From Anaerolineales bacterium (GTDB lineage Bacteria; Chloroflexota; Anaerolineae; Anaerolineales; Villigracilaceae), in assembly GCA_035574015.1 (NCBI GenBank), contig DATLZK010000024.1:19594-83593 (forward strand): DNA of 64,000 nt, written 5' to 3'. The notes beneath the pieces are model-generated. The model saw nothing but the letters and a program-made list of their open reading frames with translations. It made no database searches and was not told the DNA's origin. The translations under genes and the position numbers were made by a program. Positions 44,282 to 51,712 of the stretch are shown in pieces; position 1 is the first letter of the stretch; the number at the start of each line of letters is the position of its first letter.

Positions 44282-45007
44282 TTACCTTTTATTCCAGACT
44301 TGATACAAACTCAAGCGACGATTCTCGCCATCCGAATAAAAAGTTTCGGCAACGACAAAGCCGCTTTCTTGCGCCAGGGCAGATAATTCCTCCTCACTGA
44401 AGTGATGAACGTAGCGCAAACCTCTCCCTCCGCTTCGCCAATCGAGCAAATAATCCCCCGCTTCCACCTCCGACAAGGGAATGGATACCGCTTCCCAGGG
44501 CTGAATCCTCGCCTTGAGTTTTTCACTGCTCAAGAACTGCCAGTTCGAGTGGATGAACTTTCCAGCGGGTTTGAGCAGCGAATGGACGGTTTTCAAGACC
44601 TCCAGCCGCAGGTCGAAAGATGGAATGTGATGAAGGACGGCGAAAGCAGTAATCACCGACCATTGACCAGCAACGGATAACTGATCACTGATCGCTGACA
44701 ACCTCGTCAAATCCGCCTTCATAAATCTGGCAGAAAAACCCTCAGCGTGAGACTCCGCCTCTCGGAGCAGGGGCAGGCTAAAGTCCACGCCCAGATACGA
44801 GCCGCGGTGACCGCGTTTCGCCAGTTCGCGCGCGAGTTCCCCATTGCCGCATCCCAAATCTAATATGTCCTCATCCCCCTTCAAATTTTCGAGAATGCGG
44901 CGCACGCCCGGTTGCAATCTTCGGCGCGTGGCGGAAAACGAATCACCAAAGCGCGTGTAAAACTCGCGATTGAGTTCGAGCAGGCGCGCCGCAATGGCAG
45001 AATCCAT
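44282..45007 (-). CDS. Class I SAM-dependent methyltransferase, Trm9/ALKBH8-MTase-like
   Basis: 'FGDSFSATRRRLQPGV..IL', 'ILDLGCGNGELA', 'AVLHHIPS', 'LRYVHHFSEEEL' and 'DGENRRLSLYQVWNK' parallel yeast Trm9 (HFSQTRYKPWPIV..FL, DVGCGNGKYL, AVVHH, RYYHLYREGEL, ERDNWWVVAQK). The ATG at 45007 lies 6 nt after a TATAAT; the ORF extension to 45439 is antisense to Elp3. Confidence 0.75.
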   Translation of the reverse strand: MDSAIAARLLELNREFYTRFGDSFSATRRRLQPGVRRILENLKGDEDILDLGCGNGELARELAKRGHRGSYLGVDFSLPLLREAESHAEGFSARFMKADLTRLSAISDQLSVAGQWSVITAFAVLHHIPSFDLRLEVLKTVHSLLKPAGKFIHSNWQFLSSEKLKARIQPWEAVSIPLSEVEAGDYLLDWRSGGRGLRYVHHFSEEELSALAQESGFVVAETFYSDGENRRLSLYQVWNKR

Positions 45008-45013
45008 ATTGCG

Positions 45014-45030
45014 ATTATAACGGGTATAAT
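45014..45030. promoter_or_regulatory. Two opposed -10 boxes in the 30-bp Trm9-like/Elp3 spacer (leaderless geometry on both strands)
   Basis: On the minus strand, TATAAT (45019..45014) is followed by 6 nt and the ATG at 45007. On the plus strand, TATAAT (45025..45030) is followed by 7 nt and the ATG at 45038. Confidence 0.5.
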
Positions 45031-45037
45031 CCACTTG

Positions 45038-46702
45038 ATGATTCACATCGAACGAAGAGAACGCTGGAGAGAAACGCATCTCCTCACACCTGATAAAAAG
45101 GCTCTGGCGCGCGTCGTGCTGGAGGAGATTCGGCGCGGGCGCGATGTCACGCGCACCCTGCGCAGTCACCCGCTCAAGGGTGGCGGCTACCTCAACAAGT
45201 CTATGCTGGTTTCGATTTACAACGAGATGGTCGCCGCCGGGGAAATAAATGAGGATCCCCATCTGCTTGAGCGTATTCGCATGAAGCCCATGCGCACACT
45301 TTCCGGCGTGACGACGGTGACCGTTCTCACCAAGCCGTATCCATGCCCGGGCAAATGCATTTTCTGCCCAACTGATGTACGCATGCCCAAATCGTATTTG
45401 CCCGATGAGCCGGGCGCCATGCGCGCTGTGGAGCATCAATTCGATCCATATGCACAGGTGCGCTCACGCCTTGAACAATTGCAGAGTTTGGGGCATCCCA
45501 CCGACAAAATCGAGTTGTTGATTCTGGGCGGGACATGGTCATCCTATAAGCGCAGTTACCAGGAATGGTTCGTCAAGCGCTGCTTCGACGCGATGAACGA
45601 GAGGCACTCCTCTTTCTCCCCGCTCGTTCCACAGCCCAACCGCCAGGAGGGAGAGAGAAAACTGGAAAGCGGAGAATTGGCGAACGCCCACGCAATCAAT
45701 GAGACAGCCATTCACCGCAACGTGGGATTGGTGATCGAAACCCGTCCCGATGAAATCACGCCTGATGAAATCCGCTGGCTTCGTTATCTTGGCGTGACCA
45801 AAGTGCAACTGGGCGCGCAAAGCCTCGATGACCGCATTCTTGAACTCAACAAGCGCGGTCATGATGTGGAATGCACGCGCAAAGCCGTCGCCCTGCTACG
45901 CGCCGCAGGATTCAAAATCGTCTTGCACTGGATGCCCAATCTGCTAGGCGCAACACCTGCCTCAGACCGTGAGGACTTCGCGCGCCTCTGGCAGGATTTT
46001 TGCCCAGATGAAATCAAAATCTACCCCAACCAGTTGCTCCCAAACGCCGAGTTGTATGAATATTGGTTGCGCGGTGAATTCAAACCCTATACCACGCAGG
46101 AACTCATTGATTTGCTCGCCGACATCAAACCGACCATTCCGCGCTATTGCCGCGTCAACCGTGTCATTCGTGATATTCCCTCCACAAACGTGGTAGAGGG
46201 CAACCGCCGAACAAGCTTGCGGCAGGATGTGCAAAATGAATTGAAACGGCGCGGCACGCGGTGCGAATGCATCCGATGCCGCGAAGTGCGCGGAAAACCG
46301 GTAAACCCCGAATCGCTGAAACTGGATGATCTGGTCTATCGAGCCGGCACGGCGGAGGAACACTTCCTCTCGTTCATCACGCCCGACGATAGATTGGCCG
46401 GCTTCTTGCGCCTCTCCCTGCCCGGCGCGGCTTCCCCGCAAACGGGACTGCACGATCTGGATGGAGCGGCATTGATTCGCGAGGTGCATGTGTACGGACA
46501 GTCGCTCCCCGTAGGCATGGAAAAGGAAGGTGCGGCACAACATGCCGGTCTAGGCACGCGTTTGCTTCAGCAGGCAGAAGCAATTGCAAAAGAAAAGGGC
46601 TTCAAGCGAATGGCGGTCATTTCCGCCGTTGGCACACGTGGATATTATCTCGAACGCGGATTCGAGCGGGGAGAACTTTATCTTGTGAAAGAGATCGGTT
46701 AA
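45038..46702 (+). CDS. elp3: Elp3-type radical SAM / GNAT acetyltransferase (tRNA wobble-uridine cm5U synthase homologue)
   Basis: 'KPMRTLSGVTTVTVLTKPYPCPGKCIFCP' (C-x4-C-x2-C), an rSAM barrel, and a C-terminal GNAT 'QHAGLGTRLLQQAEAIAKEKGFKRMAVISAVGTRGYYLERGF'. The ATG at 45038 lies 7 nt after a TATAAT. Confidence 0.85.
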   Translation: MIHIERRERWRETHLLTPDKKALARVVLEEIRRGRDVTRTLRSHPLKGGGYLNKSMLVSIYNEMVAAGEINEDPHLLERIRMKPMRTLSGVTTVTVLTKPYPCPGKCIFCPTDVRMPKSYLPDEPGAMRAVEHQFDPYAQVRSRLEQLQSLGHPTDKIELLILGGTWSSYKRSYQEWFVKRCFDAMNERHSSFSPLVPQPNRQEGERKLESGELANAHAINETAIHRNVGLVIETRPDEITPDEIRWLRYLGVTKVQLGAQSLDDRILELNKRGHDVECTRKAVALLRAAGFKIVLHWMPNLLGATPASDREDFARLWQDFCPDEIKIYPNQLLPNAELYEYWLRGEFKPYTTQELIDLLADIKPTIPRYCRVNRVIRDIPSTNVVEGNRRTSLRQDVQNELKRRGTRCECIRCREVRGKPVNPESLKLDDLVYRAGTAEEHFLSFITPDDRLAGFLRLSLPGAASPQTGLHDLDGAALIREVHVYGQSLPVGMEKEGAAQHAGLGTRLLQQAEAIAKEKGFKRMAVISAVGTRGYYLERGFERGELYLVKEIG

Positions 46703-46862
46703 ACGGAATCCGTCCAAAATTCGGAGAAAGAAGCGCAAAAAAGCGTGGGAACGACCTCGCCGTTTTTCATCGTCTGCCACGCAGAGACCACACAATTAGA
46801 GTTATGTTAGACGCGTGCTCATATGCTTGACTCGAAACTCGCAGGGTGATAACAATAGAAGT

Positions 46863-47744
46863 ATGGAGTACAAGGACTACTACAAAATTCTGGGTGTGAG
46901 CCGCAACGCCAGCGAGGAGGAGATTCGCAAGGCGTACCGCAAACTCGCCATGCAATACCACCCGGATCGCAACCCTAACAACAAACAGGCCGAGGAACGC
47001 TTCAAGGAAATCAACGAAGCCTATCAAGTGTTGAGCGATCCGAAAAAGCGCGCCTTATATGATCGGGTGGGTAGCGATTACTCTTCCTGGCAACGACGCG
47101 GCGCGCCCGGCGACTTCGACTGGAGTCAATACACCGGTTTCCCCGGCGGCGTCCATGTAGAATTCGGTGACCTCGATGAAATGTTCGGAGGCTTCTCCGA
47201 ATTCTTTCAAACTCTCTTCGGCATGGGCGGCGCGCGGGCATCCTCACGCGTACAGCCGCAGGGATATCAGCAAGAAGTCGAAATCACACTCGAAGAAGCA
47301 TATAAAGGAACCACCCGCCGCATTCAAGCCGATGGCAAAATCAAACAGGTTCGCATCCCTCCCGGTGTGCGCACCGGTTCAAAGGTTCGCGTGGCGGGTG
47401 CGGGCCCAAATGGACTCGACCTGTATCTCATTATTGAAGTCGCGGAAGATAAACGCTTCGAACGACGGGGCAACGATTTGTACACCACTGCCACAGTGGA
47501 TGTCTTCACTGCCATTCTCGGCGGCGAGGCTGTGGTAGAAACCCTCGATGGAAAAATCAAACTCAGCATACCGGCAGGCACCCAGCCCGACCAAGTCTTT
47601 CGCCTGGCCGGGCGCGGCATGCCCAGCGTAAAGAACCCCAACGAAAAGGGCGACCTGTACGTAAAACTCAAAGTGCAAATCCCGCGTTATCTCTCACCAA
47701 AACAGCGCGAATTGCTCGAAGAAGCATCCAAAATCAAATTCTAG
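46863..47744 (+). CDS. J-domain co-chaperone without a zinc finger (CbpA-like DnaJ)
   Basis: '[33 protein letters not shown]' (HPD). There is no CxxCxGxG repeat. The C-terminal substrate-binding domains include '[12 protein letters not shown]'. Confidence 0.9.
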   Translation: MEYKDYYKILGVSRNASEEEIRKAYRKLAMQYHPDRNPNNKQAEERFKEINEAYQVLSDPKKRALYDRVGSDYSSWQRRGAPGDFDWSQYTGFPGGVHVEFGDLDEMFGGFSEFFQTLFGMGGARASSRVQPQGYQQEVEITLEEAYKGTTRRIQADGKIKQVRIPPGVRTGSKVRVAGAGPNGLDLYLIIEVAEDKRFERRGNDLYTTATVDVFTAILGGEAVVETLDGKIKLSIPAGTQPDQVFRLAGRGMPSVKNPNEKGDLYVKLKVQIPRYLSPKQRELLEEASKIKF

Positions 47745-47759
47745 GAGAAATCAAAACCG

Positions 47760-48890
47760 ATGAAAAGAATGATCTCTGCATGGGTGATTTTGACGCTTGC
47801 CGTCTTGGCTTGTCAAATGCCGAGTCTCACGCCTCTTTCCCAGCCGACGGAGGCTCCACCGACCCAGGCACTTCCCCCCGCTTTGAGTGCTTCCGCGAAT
47901 CCCCTCCCCGAAGAGGGAACGCTTCCCGCGCTGTATCAAAGGGTCTTACCCGGTGTCGTCTCGATCCGTACCGATATAGGGGAAGGCTCCGGTTTCGTCT
48001 ATGATGACAAGGGACACATCATCACCAATCATCATGTGATCGAAGGCGCCAGCACGGTGGAAGTGAGTTTTGCTTCTGGCTTCAAAGTGTATGGAACGGT
48101 CATCGGTTCCGATCCTGATGCGGATATAGCGGTTGTCAAAGTGGATGCGCCTGCTGAAGAACTCCATCCCTTGCCGCTTGGCGATTCGGATACGCTTCAG
48201 GTCGGGCAACCCGTTGTGGCGGTCGGCAATCCGTTTGGGTTGAGAGGCACGATGACCTACGGCATCATCTCCGGCTTGGGGCGCACACAACCCGCCCATG
48301 CCGATCCCAGCGGTGGGGGATTCTTTAGCACCGCTGACATTATCCAGACGGATGCGGCGATCAATCCTGGCAACTCGGGTGGTCCGCTATTCAATATGAA
48401 CGGCGAAGTGATCGGCGTCAACCAATCCATTCGCACAAACAACTTCAACCTGGAAACAGGGAATGCCGTCAATTCGGGCGTAGGCTTTTCGATTTCGATC
48501 AATCTGGTCAAACGCATCGTGCCTGTTCTAATTCGTGATGGCAAATACGAATATCCTTACCTTGGGATTTCCTCTTCGAGCGACCTGAGCCTTGAGGAAA
48601 TCGAAGCTTTGGGTTTGGAAACTTATCAGGGTGCATACGTGATCAGCGTCGTCCCGGATGGACCTGCAGACAAGGCAGGCATCAAAGCCGGTGAGACCCC
48701 AACGAGCATCCCAGGTTTGAACGCAGGTGGCGACCTGATCATCGCCTTTGATGGAAAGCCTGTCAAGACGTTCGATGATCTACTGAGTTATCTCATCAAA
48801 ACGAAATCTCCCGGCGATACAGCCGTGCTCACCGTCCTCCGTGACGGGGGGACACTCGATATTACCGTTACCCTCGGCAAGCGACCCTAA
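47760..48890 (+). CDS. HtrA/DegP-family serine protease with one PDZ domain; lipoprotein signal
   Basis: Lipobox 'LAVLAC', catalytic 'TNHHV', 'DIAVVKV' and 'GNSGGPLFN', and a PDZ domain 'GAYVISVVPDGPADKAGIKAGE'. Confidence 0.9.
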   Translation: MKRMISAWVILTLAVLACQMPSLTPLSQPTEAPPTQALPPALSASANPLPEEGTLPALYQRVLPGVVSIRTDIGEGSGFVYDDKGHIITNHHVIEGASTVEVSFASGFKVYGTVIGSDPDADIAVVKVDAPAEELHPLPLGDSDTLQVGQPVVAVGNPFGLRGTMTYGIISGLGRTQPAHADPSGGGFFSTADIIQTDAAINPGNSGGPLFNMNGEVIGVNQSIRTNNFNLETGNAVNSGVGFSISINLVKRIVPVLIRDGKYEYPYLGISSSSDLSLEEIEALGLETYQGAYVISVVPDGPADKAGIKAGETPTSIPGLNAGGDLIIAFDGKPVKTFDDLLSYLIKTKSPGDTAVLTVLRDGGTLDITVTLGKRP

Positions 48891-48896
48891 AAAAGA

Positions 48897-48920
48897 CGGA
48901 CGGTGGAGTTCCACCGTCCG
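48897..48920. terminator. Bidirectional terminator between convergent htrA-like and sulfite-oxidase-like genes
   Basis: CGGACGGTGG-agtt-CCACCGTCCG, a 10-bp stem flanked by an A-run upstream and 'ATCTTTT' downstream. Confidence 0.7.
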
Positions 48921-48928
48921 ATCTTTTA

Positions 48929-49570
48929 TCATCCAAAGCGCTCCTCGCGCCAGACATCTGCTCGATTGTGATAGCCCGCCTGCTCCCAAAAGCCACGCCG
49001 ATCGTGAGGCATAAACTCAAGCGACCTCAGCCATTTGGCGCCTTTCCAAAAGTAGGGGGTTTCAAGGTCTTTGCGGCCAGGGATGAAACCAACTACGCCT
49101 CGCAACGGATAACCATGTTCTGGCGAAAGTGGTTCACCGTTGAAATGTGTTGCCAGCAGAAAGTTCTCTTGCAATACCACTTCGAGCGGCAGATTGACGG
49201 TAAAACCGTATTCTGCATGCTGCATTACATGGGTAGCAGTCGGTTTGATTTTGATAATGCCGTTCTCGACCAGCGTTTTGACCGAGACGCCCTCCCAAAC
49301 CGTATCAAATTTACTCCAGCGCGTTACACAGTGAATATCCATCTGGACTTTCGTGCGCGGCAGTTGGTTGAATTCTTCCCATGTCCAGCGCTTTTCCTCT
49401 TCCACTTCGCCCCAGATGCGGAAGTCCCACGTGGCAGGGTTGAATGGTGGAACGGGACCATAGTGCAACACCGGAAACTTGAAGGTAAGTGCCTGGCCGG
49501 GAGGTAACCTCCCCTCCAGCCGCACGCGTTCCTCTTCTTTGCGTCGGTCAGGACCTTCGAATGAAAACAT
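48929..49570 (-). CDS. Sulfite oxidase-like (molybdopterin-binding) oxidoreductase, small cytoplasmic type
   Basis: 'LPPGQ...FPVLHYGPVP', 'W.F.IWGEVE' and 'DIHCVTRWSKFDTVWEGV' match my memory of the ~200-aa sulfite-oxidase-like family. A GGAG Shine-Dalgarno sits upstream. Confidence 0.75.
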   Translation of the reverse strand: MFSFEGPDRRKEEERVRLEGRLPPGQALTFKFPVLHYGPVPPFNPATWDFRIWGEVEEEKRWTWEEFNQLPRTKVQMDIHCVTRWSKFDTVWEGVSVKTLVENGIIKIKPTATHVMQHAEYGFTVNLPLEVVLQENFLLATHFNGEPLSPEHGYPLRGVVGFIPGRKDLETPYFWKGAKWLRSLEFMPHDRRGFWEQAGYHNRADVWREERFG

Positions 49571-49784
49571 GGACTTCTCCTCTCTAAAAAATTATATCCA
49601 TAAAGTCACGGAATAGACCTGTTGGAAACGTTATTTGTTACCTTGCAAATCTAAGCAATTCCTTAAATGAGGCCAGCCCAGAACAGATAAAGCAGTATCA
49701 CGCGCCATCACATTGTATGAAGCCTCACGGTAACTCGACATGAACTTGCCCTATTGCGAAGATAATAGGCCCGGGTACTCATCC

Positions 49785-49895
49785 CTGCTTTCCCTCAGCC
49801 TAACCCCTCTCCCAGTGGGAGGGGCAGGGGTGAGGGTGAAAACCAACGCCGACGACAACCCTTTGTCCATGTTGGCAACAGAGCGAAGTAGAGAA
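49785..49895 (-). repeat. Dispersed intergenic repeat, family A, copy 3
   Basis: Its reverse complement reads 'CGCTCTGTTGCCAACATGGACAAAGGGTTGTCGTCGGCGTTGGTTTTCACCCTCACCCC...CTCCCACTGGGAGAGGGG'. It lies about 215 nt upstream of the sulfite-oxidase-like gene. Confidence 0.85.
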
Positions 49896-50136
49896 TTTAC
49901 CGCCAAGTTACCCAGTGGCGAAAAATCTTTTATCCCGAACTGACGTTATCATGAATAAACTCCGTTGGCATTTGGCATGAGGACACAAACCCTGGCACAC
50001 AATCGCAAGGATACCGCAAGTGCCGTTCTCTGGACACCTGGAGCGGTTTATAATAGGATACCAGCGTCCAGATAGGTAACTTTTTCACCCATGACCAGCA
50101 TCTCATCTATGAAACCCACAATTGAGGCGGCAACCC

Positions 50137-50697
50137 ATGGCTAGAGATGATGTTGCTCTCCTCAAAGCTGCCCAAAAACTGGACGAAGAGGCGCTTGCCG
50201 CGATCTTCGATGAATTTGCGCCTGCCATTTACAAATATGCCCTGAGGCTGTGCCACGATCCCATCCTCGCAGACAATATTGTGGGGGACGTATTTGCTCA
50301 ATTGCTGGAACAATTTGCAGCGGGAAAAGGTCCTCGTACTAACCTGCGTTCGTATCTCTACCAGACCGCCTATCACCTCGTAGTGGACCGCTCCCGTGAT
50401 AACAAACATTCCGCGCCGCTCGAAATTGCCATCAATCTGCAGGAAAAGGGACAATCCGTTTCCACACAATCCCAGATTGAAGAGCGCGTGTTGATGGAAG
50501 CGCTGGTCAGCGCTATGAACTCGGTCCTGACCGAGGACCAGCGTCATGTAATTATCCTACGATTTCTGGAGGATTTCAGCCTGAAGGAAACTGCCGAAAT
50601 CATCGGGAAGGATGTCAACAACGTCAAAGTCATCCAGAACCGAGGGATAGCCAAGTTGAGGAAAGCGCTGGGCTTTCAACTTGGAGATGAGCAGTAG
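50137..50697 (+). CDS. ECF-type sigma-70 family RNA polymerase sigma factor
   Basis: Region 2 'AIYKYALRLCHDPILADNIVGDVF', and region 4 'ILRFLEDFSLKETAEIIGKDVNNVKVIQNRGIAKLR'. Confidence 0.85.
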   Translation: MARDDVALLKAAQKLDEEALAAIFDEFAPAIYKYALRLCHDPILADNIVGDVFAQLLEQFAAGKGPRTNLRSYLYQTAYHLVVDRSRDNKHSAPLEIAINLQEKGQSVSTQSQIEERVLMEALVSAMNSVLTEDQRHVIILRFLEDFSLKETAEIIGKDVNNVKVIQNRGIAKLRKALGFQLGDEQ

Positions 50698-50705
50698 GTA
50701 ACCTA

Positions 50706-51365
50706 ATGAAACATGCTGTTAGTGAAAAGGAAATTATAGAATATCTGAGGAGCCTCAAACTTGCTGAAGGCGACTATCCTTCGGATCTGTTCAAGGCGCG
50801 GCGTGAAATGTTCATCAGACAGGCCGCGTCGCTTGCCATGACACTTCACCTTTCGGGAGGAAATGGAGGGGGCATATCTTCATCCAGCGCTTCGCACAGC
50901 ACTTTCCTTCCTACCATGGGGACTCTGGTGGAAATCGTTCTGGTGACTGTTATCATCATCGAAGCAGGGCTGACAGCATACCTCTATCGTGAACGCATTG
51001 CTGAACGATTGAACCCGACTGCCTCCCCGCGCGTGGAACAAACAATTGAAGCGCCTGCTAATCCATTGCTTGAAAATATTTCGATCACCGGAGAAATACC
51101 CGTTTCTGCCACCCCGTCTCCTGCTTCTACGACGACAGCGACAGGCACTCTCTCTTCCACCACTCCGACAGCTCAGGAGACCAACATCAAAGACACACAA
51201 GTCAGTGGCACGCCGACCCCTCGCGATCACCCCGGCTTACATCTGGGGCAAACACCCAAACCAGAACGCACGCTGCCCTCGGATAAACCAGATAAGCCAG
51301 GTGATGACGGAGGGGGGAAGGATAGAGAGCCAAGGGACGATCGGGAGCCAAAAAAGAACAGGTAA
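50706..51365 (+). CDS. Putative anti-sigma factor (single-pass membrane protein with a Pro/Thr-rich extracytoplasmic tail)
   Basis: Starts 8 nt after the sigma gene. Single TM 'LVEIVLVTVIIIEAGLTAYLY' and a low-complexity C-terminus. The assignment rests on position and topology only. Confidence 0.5.
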   Translation: MKHAVSEKEIIEYLRSLKLAEGDYPSDLFKARREMFIRQAASLAMTLHLSGGNGGGISSSSASHSTFLPTMGTLVEIVLVTVIIIEAGLTAYLYRERIAERLNPTASPRVEQTIEAPANPLLENISITGEIPVSATPSPASTTTATGTLSSTTPTAQETNIKDTQVSGTPTPRDHPGLHLGQTPKPERTLPSDKPDKPGDDGGGKDREPRDDREPKKNR

Positions 51366-51368
51366 GCA

Positions 51369-51408
51369 GGAATCGAAAAATCATGAGGCACCTCATGATT
51401 TTTCGATT
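51369..51408 (+). terminator. Very strong hairpin immediately after the anti-sigma gene
   Basis: GAATCGAAAAATCATGAGG-ca-CCTCATGATTTTTCGATTC, a 19-bp perfect stem. The T-run lies within the descending arm. Confidence 0.6.
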
Positions 51409-51448
51409 CGCTTGGAAGACGTTTTGAAAAGTCAGCTAACTGTCAACC

Positions 51449-51508
51449 TGCTCTCATCTCCTGCACTCTTCTGCTGGGAGAGAGGTTGGAGTGTGGGGAC
51501 GCAGGGAT
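51449..51508 (+). repeat. Degenerate solo hairpin module of the family A/B repeats
   Basis: 'CTCTCATCTCCTGCACTCTTCTGCTGGGAGAGAGGTTGGAGTGTGGGGACGCAGGGA' aligns with 1471..1528. Confidence 0.65.
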
Positions 51509-51661
51509 GAGCACACATGGTCTATTATCTTCACACCAAAGTAAGAGACTCAATAAAAATACGCACCTCATCTATGGGGTAAAATTCATGAGGGGCATTC
51601 ATTTATATTCCGCTAACAAATGAATGATAGACTTCGAATTTGATTTTTATCTGCGAAACGC

Positions 51662-51692
51662 TTGCAGAATCATGGTCAGAGACAGTTATAAT
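51662..51692 (+). promoter_or_regulatory. Candidate secA promoter
   Basis: TTGCAG, a 19-nt spacer (longer than optimal), then TATAAT, 20 nt upstream of the ATG. Confidence 0.35.
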
Positions 51693-51712
51693 CTCGCCTT
51701 GAAAGGTTTTCA

